Positions 9,519 through 20,536 of a stretch of 64,000 nucleotides of DNA are shown piece by piece; positions within the stretch are counted from its first letter, which is position 1; every line of letters starts with the position of its first letter. A program made the position numbers and the translations under genes. Under the pieces are notes generated by a model. The model saw only the letters and a program-made list of their open reading frames with translations. It was not told the origin of the DNA and searched no databases. This DNA comes from an uncultured Candidatus Saccharibacteria bacterium (lineage in GTDB: Bacteria > Patescibacteriota > WWE3 > UBA101185 > UBA10185): contig CAZCAQ010000003.1 in NCBI GenBank assembly GCA_964496905.1, positions 1,701-65,700 on the forward strand. Reading direction: 5' to 3'.

Positions 9519-10708
9519 AAATATTAAGAATTTCTTACGAGTGGCCTCCTCCTTGGATTGGGCTAACTCCACACATTTATGAAGTCACAGCCCACCAGGC
9601 CAAAATGGGGCATTTTATTCACGTTTTTTGTGCTAGGTGGTTTAAAGCCGGTGATTTAGAGACTTTGCCAAACACCAGATTACACACTTTTTTCCGCGAA
9701 CCGCTTCCAGGCACCCTTTTTTTTACAGTTGGGCCGTTGCTACTGCTTTATTACTGGATGTGGAGGTGTTTAAATACTCCAGACATTATTCACATGCACG
9801 GTCATTTTGGATATTGGATTCTTGTGTATAGAAATTTTTTAAGGTCTATTAAAAAAAAGAACTTTGAAACCAGAATCCCGCTTGTGGTTCATTTTCACAA
9901 CAATGCACAGGAGCGTTGGGACAAAATGAAAGAGGCCGGCACTAAAATAAATTGGTATTCGTCAAAAATTTCATATCCCATGGAAATTAGGGCAAATAAG
10001 CTCGCTATTAAGCTCGCCGACGCCTACATTTTTGTAAGTGAAGATATGAAAAAAGCCGCTATAAATTTGTATGGTGCCGATGAGTCCAAATGTTATGTTG
10101 TAGAGTCAGGAGTTAATACCGAAATGTTTACTCCCGTAGATATGAACGAACGCGACAAAACCCGAAAAGAACTTGGGCTAATTTTTACAGACCGTGTAAT
10201 TGTAAATGTCGGTTTTATTAAAGAGCGAAAGAATATTCATTTGCTTGTTGAATCACTTGTTAAGCTACCTCCCGAATACAAGTTAATTTTAATGGGCGAT
10301 GGAGATGCTGATTATATTGAAAAAATTGATGAATATGTGCGTGATCACAAACTAGAAACTAGAGTAATTAGAATTGGCGCCTCTTCCTATAAAGAAGTGC
10401 CCTTTGTTATGCAAATCTCAGATGTTTTTGTTTTACCGTCGTCTTACGAAGGTTTATCTAAAGCAGCACTCGAAAGTTTGGCTTGTGGAGTTCCCGTTTT
10501 GTACTCTGGCTCTACCTTTAGCCAAGAAATTCAAGGATTAACATACTTAAAAGAAATTACTCAACAATCAATTGCCGACAATATTAAACAAATTGTCGAA
10601 TCCAAGCCTTTTGTAGACATTGGCAAAATAAAGGCACTTTATTCATGGGTACGGAAAGTTGATGAAATTGAAAAGGTATATGACAAAGTTAAAAACACTA
10701 CTAATTAA
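9515..10708 (+). CDS. GT4 glycosyltransferase
   Basis: ERKN, EGLSKAALESLACGVP. Confidence 0.87.
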   Translation: MKILRISYEWPPPWIGLTPHIYEVTAHQAKMGHFIHVFCARWFKAGDLETLPNTRLHTFFREPLPGTLFFTVGPLLLLYYWMWRCLNTPDIIHMHGHFGYWILVYRNFLRSIKKKNFETRIPLVVHFHNNAQERWDKMKEAGTKINWYSSKISYPMEIRANKLAIKLADAYIFVSEDMKKAAINLYGADESKCYVVESGVNTEMFTPVDMNERDKTRKELGLIFTDRVIVNVGFIKERKNIHLLVESLVKLPPEYKLILMGDGDADYIEKIDEYVRDHKLETRVIRIGASSYKEVPFVMQISDVFVLPSSYEGLSKAALESLACGVPVLYSGSTFSQEIQGLTYLKEITQQSIADNIKQIVESKPFVDIGKIKALYSWVRKVDEIEKVYDKVKNTTN

Positions 10709-12218
10709 GTATCCTTCCCTTATTCTTCTTGTCCTTTACGTCTTAATTCACCTTGTGTTAATTAACGTAAACGTAGCAGAGTGGGGAGATTCATATAGAA
10801 TTTTGCGCGCAGCTTTATACATTGATAACTTAACCTATCCTGACGACGAAAAAAGGCCGCCGCTTTTTTCTGCGTTAATTTCTGTTTTTCCGCAAAACCC
10901 TGATCCCGTTTTGTGGGGGCGTGTAACAGTTTTTGCACTAGGAGTTGCCACCTTTGGATTGTTTCTTAAGCTGCTCAAAAAGTTTTTACTCGACCATACT
11001 GTTTACTCAGTACGAAACTTGTACTTAGGTGGGTTGCTTTTTATGTTTAATCCAGTTTTGTTTTATTGGTCACTAAGAGTTATGAGTGATGTTTTGTTCT
11101 TATTTTTGGTTGTTTTAGCCTTTTGTATCTATTATTTTGTCCACCATCCTGCCAAAAAAGCGGCTTTGCTTGGTTTAGTTGCTGGATTTTCTGTATTAAC
11201 AAGGTTTGAAGGTTACTTGCTTTTTGGCGCGTTTGGTTTGGAATTTGGCATTAGCTTTTTACAAAAAAAGGATTTTAAAAGCATTTTTATGTATGGATTG
11301 GCTTTTATGCTCTTGTTTATCCCTTTTGTGGTATGGAGAAATCCCTTGTCTTCATCATACCTTGAGGAGCCTGGTGGGCGTGTTTATGACATTAACACAG
11401 TGTTTATTTTCTTGTTAGCTTTTTTGTTTTCATTGGGTTTTACTAGCGCACCTCAATTTTTTAGACTCCCTAAAAAATTTGTGCAAACTAATATAGCCTT
11501 AACTGCGTTTTTAAGTGTTTCCTTTATTCTTGTTTTACTCTGGCCCGCGGCTGTTCCAAGGCTTTTAATGCCCATGTTGCCGTTTTTAATTATTTTTGTC
11601 GTCCTAAACATGGTCAGCTATTTTTCACAAGCCAAGAGCACTAAGGACATTAGGGGAGCGATAGTTGGGCTTAGTTTATTAGCTTTGTATGTTGTGGGGC
11701 AGCTTAAGTACAAGCAACAGTTCATGATTGTTAATAAGTACATATTTGTTTTAATAGTGCTACTTTCGATTTTATCGATTTTCTTTATGTTTATTAGAAA
11801 TGCCAGACTCTTTTATGCATCTATTGTTTTATCTGCCTTACTTTGGTCTAGTTCCATAATTTATCTGCACAAGGATTTGTACACGACCTTGATTATAACT
11901 TCAGACTATATGCTTCAAAATTTACAGGGCCACATAAAGTATAACGATACGGCGTCAATAATTGAGTGGACTATTGATCATAGGGATCCACAAAATAAAT
12001 TAACCGGAGACTTTGGCCCACTTTATAACACCAACACGATCGACTATAATAAGCTAATTGGTGAAAAAAAGTACGATTACTTAGTAGTTACTACTGAGGA
12101 AAGGCCTTCTCTTAACTTTGAGCCTGACGCTAACTATTTGGTAGAAGTTTTTAGTTCAGAAAAATATACGAATGGAGCAGTATTTTCGACAAAAATATAT
12201 AAAGTAAACTATGAATAA
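10680..12218 (+). CDS. GT-C fold membrane glycosyltransferase (ArnT/PMT-2-like)
   Basis: More than 10 TMs; first loop WGDSY...DDEKRPPLF; MSD, TRFEG and RLLMP motifs. ATG 10680 is preferred over TTG 10659. Confidence 0.7.
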   Translation: MTKLKTLLIKYPSLILLVLYVLIHLVLINVNVAEWGDSYRILRAALYIDNLTYPDDEKRPPLFSALISVFPQNPDPVLWGRVTVFALGVATFGLFLKLLKKFLLDHTVYSVRNLYLGGLLFMFNPVLFYWSLRVMSDVLFLFLVVLAFCIYYFVHHPAKKAALLGLVAGFSVLTRFEGYLLFGAFGLEFGISFLQKKDFKSIFMYGLAFMLLFIPFVVWRNPLSSSYLEEPGGRVYDINTVFIFLLAFLFSLGFTSAPQFFRLPKKFVQTNIALTAFLSVSFILVLLWPAAVPRLLMPMLPFLIIFVVLNMVSYFSQAKSTKDIRGAIVGLSLLALYVVGQLKYKQQFMIVNKYIFVLIVLLSILSIFFMFIRNARLFYASIVLSALLWSSSIIYLHKDLYTTLIITSDYMLQNLQGHIKYNDTASIIEWTIDHRDPQNKLTGDFGPLYNTNTIDYNKLIGEKKYDYLVVTTEERPSLNFEPDANYLVEVFSSEKYTNGAVFSTKIYKVNYE

Positions 12219-12906
12219 ACTTTCAATAATAATTCCTGTTTATAACGAGCAAAATACTGTAGTACAGCTGGTGGACATAGTTGATAAGGTTGAGCTTAAA
12301 AATATAGAAAAAGAAATAATAATAGTTAACGATGCCTCCAAAGATGAAACTGCACAAAGAATAAAGGAGATTCAACAGGCAAAACCCCATATTAAAGTAT
12401 TTCACCATGAACAAAACCAAGGAAAAGGTGCTGCGTTAAGAACAGGCATAGCTCAAACAACAGGAGATTATGTAATTATTCAAGACGCCGATTTGGAATA
12501 TGACCCCCAAGATTATGTAAAGCTTATTCAACCAATTTTGGCCAATGAGGCTGAAGTTGTTTACGGCTCGCGTTTTTCTGGAAATTACAAAGATATGACA
12601 AATTTGCATTATTTTGGGAACAAAATGCTAACTTTAGTTACCAATATTTTATACGGCGTCATGCTTACCGATATGGAAACCTGTTACAAACTTACTCCTG
12701 GGGAGTTTATTCGCGGAATTAAAATTGGCTCTGACCGGTTTAACTTTGAACCCGAAATAACGGCTAAAATTTTAAAATCAAAACTAAGAGTAATAGAGGT
12801 GCCAATTAGTTATAAGGGACGATCTCATTCTGAGGGCAAAAAAATAACTTGGCGCGATGGAGTTTCGGCACTTTATACACTAATTAAATTTAGGTTTGTG
12901 AACTAA
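12211..12906 (+). CDS. GT2 polyprenol-phosphate glycosyltransferase (DPM/DPG synthase-like)
   Basis: IPVYNE, NQGKGAA, QDADLEYDP, YGSRF, DMETCYK, FEPEIT, GKKITWRDG. Confidence 0.9.
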   Translation: MNKLSIIIPVYNEQNTVVQLVDIVDKVELKNIEKEIIIVNDASKDETAQRIKEIQQAKPHIKVFHHEQNQGKGAALRTGIAQTTGDYVIIQDADLEYDPQDYVKLIQPILANEAEVVYGSRFSGNYKDMTNLHYFGNKMLTLVTNILYGVMLTDMETCYKLTPGEFIRGIKIGSDRFNFEPEITAKILKSKLRVIEVPISYKGRSHSEGKKITWRDGVSALYTLIKFRFVN

Positions 12907-12907
12907 T

Positions 12908-15016
12908 ATGACAATAAATAGGCAACAATTAACCAGTTTTTACTCAAAATATGCAGATTACTTGTACATTTTGGCTTTAATAGTGTTTTCGGCCTTGGTG
13001 TTTGCAGTTTGTGTAAAAATTAATTTTTTTCGATTAAACAATTTTGACCTGGGTAAATTCGATTTGGGCAATATGAATCAAATGGCTTGGTATACCCTAA
13101 GAGGTAAAATCATGTACCTTACAGATTATTTTGGGTCAAACGTGCCAAGGTGGTCAATGAGCCATGTTGACCCTATTTTACTTTTATTTGTACCGATTTT
13201 TGCACTCTCTCCTCATGTGTTAACACTTGTATTTGTTCAAATCATTTTGATTTTGTCGTGCTCAATAATTATTTTTAAATTAGCCAAATTGCATTTACAC
13301 TCAAGTTTAGCTTCCTTTTTAATAGCTATGGCATATCTGTTTTATCCGGCATTAGGCTTTTTAATGGCTTGGACTGGCTACCATGGTGTAAGTGCCGCTA
13401 TGCCGTTTTTCCTTTTAGCTTTTTATTTTTACGAAAAAATGTACAAAACAGGGGAATTTACGCTAAAGAGGCAAATTATATTTTGGGTAATGATATTTAT
13501 TACATTAATTGGCAAAGAGCAACTTTCGTTGTATGTTGCGCTGTACGGGTTGTTTATTATAGTAATGAGAAAAAACCTTAAATACGGCCTTGCTTTAATT
13601 GCCACAGGAGTTATTTGGTTTGCGATTACTTTTTTTGTAATTATACCTAACAATACGCACTATCGCGTTGAAAGCTATGAAAAATTTGCTCAAGAACTTA
13701 GGCTTGGTGATGATTTGCGCGAAACAATTACGCAAGATAATTACTTTTTAAGTAGATACGCCGATTTTGGAGATTCATATTTTAGTGTGGCATTTGGCAT
13801 GCTATCTCAACCAGATAAAGTTATTGAAGTCTTTTTTGGTGGAGATAAATTTGAAAATTTTAATATGACAATGGCTCCGGTTCTTTATATGCCTTTTGGG
13901 GCACCCGCATACTTTATTTTGGCAGCGCCGGATTTTGCCATGAACTATTTAACAACCGCTCCAGGCCTTTCAACGGCGGAAATTTATAATCATCGAACTT
14001 CAATGATCATTCCAGTGCTGTTTATTTCGTGCATTTATTTTATTGCGTTTATGGGTAGGTACTTAAATCGGTTTGCAAAAATAAAGTTTAGTTATGTTGT
14101 TATTACGCTAAGTTTTGTTTTAGCGCTTTCTAACTTTTATTATTCATTCAAGTTCCAAAACCCAGTCTATACATGGTTTCATCAATCAATTCTAAAAAGA
14201 ATAACAATTGTGGATATAGTTTTTGCTAAAGAAGAAGATCAATGGAAAAAAGACTACAAGACAGCAAAAGTGGGCGATACACTTAGAATTCCGCAAATGG
14301 ATCAAAAAGATCGATCATGTGCATTAAAGCTTGTAAATCAAATTCCTGATGAAGTGTCTATATCGGGACCAGATTACATGGGAGCTCACTTGTCTTTGCG
14401 AGAAACTTATGCCTTATTCCCAGCTTTATATCAAACCGCTGACATAGTTATCGCTGACATATTTTCTCAAAAAGTCTTTAGAGTTTTTGATTTAGACAGA
14501 TCACTTGTTTACGAATATACAGGCGATTTAATTAAAAGCCCAAATTACAAGCTTAAGAGTGCTTGCGGAAATTTGTTTGTTTTTGAAAAAATCGGACCTC
14601 ATAAAAAGGACACCAAATTGCCAATTCAAGAAATTTATAAATATCAGGAAAGGTACAACTTTGACTTATCTCAAGATACTTTTTTGGTTGACTTTGATTT
14701 TCCTAAGCAGGTTACTAAAAATAAAGTTGATAATGCTAGGTTTGTATTTGTAAAAAGAGGTGACGAGAGCCTTGACGGTTATTACTCGTTTATAACGTTT
14801 GTAAATGTTAAAAATGATGACAAATATCAAGTTGCTAATTTGCCTTCGTTTGGCCTTAAATCCTTAAGTGATTGGCAAGAAGACCTATATTATGAAGAAA
14901 AAGTAGACATCGCCCTGCCTGCATTTGTAGACTCTGGCGATTATCGCGTTTTTATTGGAATTACAAATGGCGTTAAAACGCGCAGTGTTTATTTAGGAGA
15001 GGTGCAGGTTAAGTGA
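12908..15016 (+). CDS. DUF2079-family membrane protein (GT-C-like) with C-terminal extracytoplasmic domain
   Basis: FDLGNMNQMAW, HVDPIL, YH and KE motifs; many TMs. Confidence 0.7.
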   Translation: MTINRQQLTSFYSKYADYLYILALIVFSALVFAVCVKINFFRLNNFDLGKFDLGNMNQMAWYTLRGKIMYLTDYFGSNVPRWSMSHVDPILLLFVPIFALSPHVLTLVFVQIILILSCSIIIFKLAKLHLHSSLASFLIAMAYLFYPALGFLMAWTGYHGVSAAMPFFLLAFYFYEKMYKTGEFTLKRQIIFWVMIFITLIGKEQLSLYVALYGLFIIVMRKNLKYGLALIATGVIWFAITFFVIIPNNTHYRVESYEKFAQELRLGDDLRETITQDNYFLSRYADFGDSYFSVAFGMLSQPDKVIEVFFGGDKFENFNMTMAPVLYMPFGAPAYFILAAPDFAMNYLTTAPGLSTAEIYNHRTSMIIPVLFISCIYFIAFMGRYLNRFAKIKFSYVVITLSFVLALSNFYYSFKFQNPVYTWFHQSILKRITIVDIVFAKEEDQWKKDYKTAKVGDTLRIPQMDQKDRSCALKLVNQIPDEVSISGPDYMGAHLSLRETYALFPALYQTADIVIADIFSQKVFRVFDLDRSLVYEYTGDLIKSPNYKLKSACGNLFVFEKIGPHKKDTKLPIQEIYKYQERYNFDLSQDTFLVDFDFPKQVTKNKVDNARFVFVKRGDESLDGYYSFITFVNVKNDDKYQVANLPSFGLKSLSDWQEDLYYEEKVDIALPAFVDSGDYRVFIGITNGVKTRSVYLGEVQVK

Positions 15017-16497
15017 AAGACCTTGGCAAGTGGCAAACAATTAGCTTTGCATCTAGGATGATTTCCAAAGTCATTGGAATGATTCCAAGCATTCTAATTC
15101 CAAGAATCTTGAGTGTCTCTGATTTTGGTTTAGTAGGCATAGCTAAATCTCTAGGTAAAACTTTTGGTGTGACTCAAAACTTAGGCCTTGCCTCTGGCAG
15201 TACGCGCGAGATTTCTAACTTTAAAAATACACACGAAGACATATTCAAAATTTTTATCACGTCTGTTGCTATTAAATACTTGCTTAGTTTTCCTATGGCT
15301 TTAGCCTTGTTTTTATTAGCGGAACGCCTTGCAGTTCAATATAACAATCAAGCTCTTGTTATGCCATTAAAAATTTTCGCCATAGTTTTGGTCGTTCAAA
15401 ACATTCAGAGTCTTTTTAATTCTGTTGTACAAGGAATGCAGAGATTCAAGCTTTTGTTTACGTACCAGGTTTTAATAACTATTCCAAATGTAATTTTGTT
15501 TGTTTCCTTAGTTTATTTGTACGGAGTGAATGGTTATTTTTATGCTTCTCTAGCTTTTAATTTAATAGCTTCGTTAATTTTAGGTGTCTTAGCTTTATGG
15601 CCATTAAGGCATAGCTTTAAAATGCCTTCAAAGGCTGAGTTTAAAAAAATTGGAAAAGCAGTGTTTGTAGTAAGCCTTGCAGTTTATGCAGCAAAGATTA
15701 TTTATACGTTTTGGGAAGGTATAGGACCATTAATTTTAGGCAGATCGTTAAGCGCCGAAGAGGTAGGTTTTTTTGTTTTTGCCGCTTTGTATGCAGGTCA
15801 ATTAATGGCAATCTCAGATTCTATTACAGACGTAAATTTGTCTGTTTTCTCAAAAGAGTACTCAATTAATAGTCAAACCTTTAAAGACCTGTTTATGAAA
15901 AACTTTAACAAAATTTATGTCTTAGTCATTTTTATAGCATTAAGTGCAATTTATTGGAGTTTTGAAATAACAACATTTTTTTATGGGGATAAGTATTTAA
16001 ACTCGCTTATTCTAATTCCGCCTATTTTAACTGCATTTGTGTTTTACTCATACATTAATATTATAAAATCAAGCATTTTTGTACCCGCAAAATTAATGCG
16101 CGAACTTATTGTTTCCTATGGTTTATTGCTTGTTATAACGGTCGTAGCCTATTTTGTGCTTAAAAATTTTATGGATCCACTTCAAGCTATGGCAGTTGGC
16201 ATGGCTATTGGAGCGTGCGTCTCATATTTTAGTATAAATATTTTTACACAAATTAAACTTAATTTTTTAGTGTTTAATGGTGCACATTTGTCTGTTTTGA
16301 TTGAGGCAATTTTAATAGTTTTAGGAGCACATTTATTTAGTTCAAAAATTATGGATATAACTACAACTTGGTATATGTTTTTGCCCAAATTTATATTCTA
16401 TGGAATCTTCGCTTTGTTGTTTATATGGCTTACAAAGACATCAGGTTTTTTTGACATAAAGTCTTTAAAAATTTGGAATAAACTAAGCAGCTCATGA
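15013..16497 (+). CDS. Wzx/MOP-family oligosaccharide flippase
   Basis: About 14 TMs; RILSVSDFG, LG, EEVGFF, FYGDKY. Confidence 0.8.
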   Translation: MKDLGKWQTISFASRMISKVIGMIPSILIPRILSVSDFGLVGIAKSLGKTFGVTQNLGLASGSTREISNFKNTHEDIFKIFITSVAIKYLLSFPMALALFLLAERLAVQYNNQALVMPLKIFAIVLVVQNIQSLFNSVVQGMQRFKLLFTYQVLITIPNVILFVSLVYLYGVNGYFYASLAFNLIASLILGVLALWPLRHSFKMPSKAEFKKIGKAVFVVSLAVYAAKIIYTFWEGIGPLILGRSLSAEEVGFFVFAALYAGQLMAISDSITDVNLSVFSKEYSINSQTFKDLFMKNFNKIYVLVIFIALSAIYWSFEITTFFYGDKYLNSLILIPPILTAFVFYSYINIIKSSIFVPAKLMRELIVSYGLLLVITVVAYFVLKNFMDPLQAMAVGMAIGACVSYFSINIFTQIKLNFLVFNGAHLSVLIEAILIVLGAHLFSSKIMDITTTWYMFLPKFIFYGIFALLFIWLTKTSGFFDIKSLKIWNKLSSS

Positions 16498-17438
16498 AAA
16501 ATATACCAAAAGTACTTTTGAGAGTATTCTTAAGCTTATTTTTTGTATACTTAACTTTTGCAACAAGTGATATAAGTTTTGATGAAGTTTCCAAGATTAT
16601 AAAATCGGCAAGTACTTGGTATTTTCCACTTATTTTACTTTTAATAGTTTTAAATTATGCCGTTAGTACCCATAGATGGAAGGATTTAGTTCTTGTTGAA
16701 GAAAGCCAAAAGCCCAAGTACTCGAGTTTTTTAAGCCTCTATTTTATTGGTTCTTTTTTTAATAATTTTTTGGTTACATCAATTGGCGGCGACGCATACA
16801 AAATTTATAAGCTTGGTAAAAGAATAAACGATACACCCAAGGCATTTGCCGCGACTTTTATGGATAGGTTTACAGGTTTTTTGGTTTTGATCGCTGTATC
16901 TTATTTTGGATTTTTGTTCACCTGGGAAATGTGGTTTGATTTTGTTAACTCTTTTTTAAACAATCACACTGCAACTTATGCTGTACTAGGCTTAAGTTTA
17001 TTTGGTTTTTGGATATGTACAGGTATATTCTTTCTTTCGCTTAAAGTTTTGGCCAAAAAAGTAAAATCTGCTCAAAAGTTACTTAATGTATTAAGCTTAT
17101 ACAAAAGCTATAAAAATAAAATTGTCATGGCTTTACTTACTTCTTTATTAGTTCAGATTTTAGCCATATTTAGCCAGTATTTTGTGTTTTCAAGCTTAGG
17201 ATACACTATACCTCTTGGGTTTACACTCTTTGTAATTCCAGTTATTACACTAGCTGGCTTTTTTATTCCTTCTATAAATGGAATTGGCGTACAAGACTAC
17301 ATGTATAAAGAGCTTTTTTTGCTTGTTGGAATTCCACCATTAATTTCTTTAAGTGCCTCAATTTTGTACCACTTCTTAAGATTAACAGTAAGTTTGATTG
17401 GAGGGCTATTATATGCAATGGGTAAAGCAGATAGTTAA
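16494..17438 (+). CDS. LPG-synthase transmembrane (UPF0104/YbhN, AglD2-like) flippase-type protein
   Basis: RW, FFNNFLVTSIGGDAYK, DRFTG, PSINGIGVQD. Confidence 0.85.
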   Translation: MKNIPKVLLRVFLSLFFVYLTFATSDISFDEVSKIIKSASTWYFPLILLLIVLNYAVSTHRWKDLVLVEESQKPKYSSFLSLYFIGSFFNNFLVTSIGGDAYKIYKLGKRINDTPKAFAATFMDRFTGFLVLIAVSYFGFLFTWEMWFDFVNSFLNNHTATYAVLGLSLFGFWICTGIFFLSLKVLAKKVKSAQKLLNVLSLYKSYKNKIVMALLTSLLVQILAIFSQYFVFSSLGYTIPLGFTLFVIPVITLAGFFIPSINGIGVQDYMYKELFLLVGIPPLISLSASILYHFLRLTVSLIGGLLYAMGKADS

Positions 17439-19089
17439 CAAGTTATTATCCAATCAGAATTTAAAAAAGGTCATAGCGGTTGTATTTTTTGTTGTCATTT
17501 ATGTCTTAGTACATTTTTCATATTTAGGTACAAATGAGCTTAACCCAGATGCCGTCAACTGGCACAAGAGGTCTGAACAATTTGTATTGGCGTTTAAAAC
17601 TAAAGACTTTATAAAAACTAACCAACATTATCACCCAGGAGTCACATTAATGTGGATAATAGGGCCATCGGTAGAACTGGTAAAACAATTTACCAATGCT
17701 GGTGTTATTTATAGTTCCGAAAACTATCAGATTTTTCATTTTGTGTCCAAAACGGCTCTAATGCTTGTAAATTTAGTTCTCTCGTTAGTATTAATGTACT
17801 TTTTGCGCAAGATAATTGGTTTTTGGAAATCATTTGCAGTGGTTTTTTTAATGAATATCGAACCGTTTTTTTTGGGAAATTCTCGCATTTTGCACATGGA
17901 TATTCTATTTTCAAGCTTAGTAGCTGTTTGCTTAACTCTAGCGTTTTATGCTTTTAAAAGCCTAAAGTTAAGATTTTTTGCTTTAAGCGGTTTTTTTGCC
18001 GCGCTTACAGTTTTAACACGAAGTGTTGGAATTGGCATAATTTTATACAATCTGGTTTTTTTTGTTTATACAGCAATAATTACAAAAAGTAGAAAATTAA
18101 TAGCTTTAAGCGGCATTTTTGCATTTTCTGTAGTTTTAACGTGTTTTGCTCTTTTTCCTGCCTTGTGGGTTAAACCTATAAAAACGGTTGATAAAATATT
18201 TTCACGCAGTTATCAGGTTGGCGTTGAGTACGGACACAATCAAATTTTTATGAACCAATACACCGAAGATCCAGGGCTCATGTTTTACTTGGCTGCAATA
18301 ACTCTTAAATCCTCACCTTTTGTTCTATTTGGAATATTCTTAGCGATAGTATTTGGTGTTATTCATTTGCGTAAAATAAATAAGACAACTTTATGGAGCG
18401 ACACACTTTTGTGCAAGAATATTTTGTCTTTTACATTGTTCTTGTTAATTTTTTACGCTGGCTACTTTTTGATACTAAATACGTCAAACAAAAAAATAGA
18501 CAGATATATTTTGCCACTTTTTTTCTTTTTTAGTTATGTTTCAGTTTGGGGCTATTTTTACTTGTTCAAAGCTTTTGACCATGTTGTAGTTAAATTGTTA
18601 GTTGGGCTGTTTTTTGTTGTTTCGATTATTTATCCAATTTATAGATTCTCGCCGTATGAGTTTTTGTATTATTCTCCACTTTTTAAAAATAGCGAAGTTG
18701 CAAACAATGTAATTTCTCAAAAAAACTTTGGGATTGGAATTTTTCACCTAAAAAAATTTATTGACGCTAGATATGGGTGTTCTTTAACTACACCTAAAAG
18801 TCCCAAAAACTTTCAACCTGTTATATATGGTGGTACATATGTTTGCCCTTCAAACGTGAGTGCTTTAAACATAGGACTTAGCGATACAAAAGCCATGAAG
18901 GAATTGCATGGTAATTCACGTACAACAGATTTTAGGTTTAACAGTCCATCAATGTATGACGTCTTGGTATTATCAATAGACGAAGAAATGCCCAAAGAAG
19001 TAGTAGAGGATAATCTTACATATATTAAAGATTCCTCAATTTTTGTTAACGATGTAGAGTTATGGAGAATCTATGTTAGAAAAGATTAA
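17413..19089 (+). CDS. GT-C fold membrane glycosyltransferase (PMT-2-like)
   Basis: NPD..W, HPGVTLMW, EPF..SRILHMD, LTR, KKIDRYILP, YYSP; many TMs. The track start is TTG 17398. Confidence 0.75.
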   Translation: MQWVKQIVNKLLSNQNLKKVIAVVFFVVIYVLVHFSYLGTNELNPDAVNWHKRSEQFVLAFKTKDFIKTNQHYHPGVTLMWIIGPSVELVKQFTNAGVIYSSENYQIFHFVSKTALMLVNLVLSLVLMYFLRKIIGFWKSFAVVFLMNIEPFFLGNSRILHMDILFSSLVAVCLTLAFYAFKSLKLRFFALSGFFAALTVLTRSVGIGIILYNLVFFVYTAIITKSRKLIALSGIFAFSVVLTCFALFPALWVKPIKTVDKIFSRSYQVGVEYGHNQIFMNQYTEDPGLMFYLAAITLKSSPFVLFGIFLAIVFGVIHLRKINKTTLWSDTLLCKNILSFTLFLLIFYAGYFLILNTSNKKIDRYILPLFFFFSYVSVWGYFYLFKAFDHVVVKLLVGLFFVVSIIYPIYRFSPYEFLYYSPLFKNSEVANNVISQKNFGIGIFHLKKFIDARYGCSLTTPKSPKNFQPVIYGGTYVCPSNVSALNIGLSDTKAMKELHGNSRTTDFRFNSPSMYDVLVLSIDEEMPKEVVEDNLTYIKDSSIFVNDVELWRIYVRKD

Positions 19090-20536
19090 ACAAAACAAGA
19101 TTATTCTTGGAATATTATTTGTAGCATTAATTTTGCGCCTTATTGGTTTTTGGCACGGATTTCCATTTGTATTTCACCCAGACGAACCCTCTGTAATTAG
19201 GTCCGCACTTGGTATCCGCTTTGATACGAACCCAGGACACTTTGATTGGCCACATCTTCACTTTTACTTAAACTATTTAGTGTATGTAGTCTTTTTAAAG
19301 TTTAGAGCTTTTTTTGCGCTTTTCCCTTTTTTAGAGTTTTTAAAAGACACAGTTATTTGGCGAGATCCAATTATTTTTTATATGCTAAGCAGAATGTTGA
19401 ACGGCGTTATTGGTGCTCTAACTGTTATTCCAATATATTTAGCAGGAAAAGAAATAGCCGGAAAAAAGGCTGGTTTATTAGCCGCAGCTATTTTTGCAAT
19501 TATGCCATTACATGTACGTGTAAGTCATTTTGCTCTAATTGACGTTCCCGCAGTGTTTTATATGAGTTGGGGAGTCTATTTTTCTTATAGAATATTAAAC
19601 AAAGCTTCATATAAAAATTATATTTTGGCAGGATTATTTTTTGGACTTGCTGCATCTACCAAATACAATGGTTTATTTGGAGCGGTTGTATTGGTTGTTT
19701 CTCACTTCATTTTATCTTACAGATCATTTAACCTTAAAAACTTTATTTTAAGGCCAATTTTTGCCATATTGGCCTGTTTATGTGCTTTTTTGATGGGTAC
19801 ACCATATGCCTTATTTGATTTTGAGACATTTTCTAGAGCAGACACTGCCAAAGGCGCATTATGGCAATTTACAAATGTTGGTAGTGTTTCTTTTGTAAAG
19901 CAAATAGAGCAGTTCTTCACCGAGGCATTTACTTCTATTGCAAAAGGTACTGGTATTACTCCCGTTTTAATTATGCTTGGTTTTATATTTGAAACTGGTC
20001 GAAATATACTGGGCAAAAGAAACATTCAGAATTTTTTGTTAACTGCACTGCCTGCACTTTTAATTATGTTTAATGTTGCGGGGTTTAGTAGGCAACAAAG
20101 TCATTATTATTTAATGGCGTATCCATTTATTGCTTTGGCGTTTGGTGTGTACTTAGCTGGCATAGATTTTAAAAAGTACCAAAAACCCGCCTACCTGATC
20201 ATATTTCTAATTCCACTCCTACTGTCATTACACCAGGTTATAAAGCTCTCAGTGACTGATACAAGAGTTTTAGCATATAAACACATAACAACTTATTTAA
20301 AGCCCGGGACAGTCGTACTTTATAATTCAAACGATTTTAGGCCTTTAGTAGAAAAATTGAAAAAAGACTACCAAACAAAAAAGGTCACGCAATATGTTGA
20401 GAGCAAAAAATATCCTAACGCAGTTTGGTTAGTTAAACTTCCCACATCAGAAATTATTGATCAAGATATTGCAATTCAAAAGTACTCAAATTCAATTAGG
20501 AATGGGCCTCAAGTTTATATATACTTCATACAATGA
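19073..20536 (+). CDS. GT-C fold membrane glycosyltransferase (GT39/GT83-like)
   Basis: HPDEP loop after TM1, WPHL, SHFALID, GLAASTKY. Confidence 0.8.
   Translation: MLEKIKQNKIILGILFVALILRLIGFWHGFPFVFHPDEPSVIRSALGIRFDTNPGHFDWPHLHFYLNYLVYVVFLKFRAFFALFPFLEFLKDTVIWRDPIIFYMLSRMLNGVIGALTVIPIYLAGKEIAGKKAGLLAAAIFAIMPLHVRVSHFALIDVPAVFYMSWGVYFSYRILNKASYKNYILAGLFFGLAASTKYNGLFGAVVLVVSHFILSYRSFNLKNFILRPIFAILACLCAFLMGTPYALFDFETFSRADTAKGALWQFTNVGSVSFVKQIEQFFTEAFTSIAKGTGITPVLIMLGFIFETGRNILGKRNIQNFLLTALPALLIMFNVAGFSRQQSHYYLMAYPFIALAFGVYLAGIDFKKYQKPAYLIIFLIPLLLSLHQVIKLSVTDTRVLAYKHITTYLKPGTVVLYNSNDFRPLVEKLKKDYQTKKVTQYVESKKYPNAVWLVKLPTSEIIDQDIAIQKYSNSIRNGPQVYIYFIQ

Noticed and set aside
1-17438. Split MprF formed by DUF2156 (1-834) and LPG-synthase-TM (16494-17438)
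   Set aside because: The genes are 15 kb apart, and the TM protein sits among glycosyltransferases where an AglD2-like flippase role is simpler.
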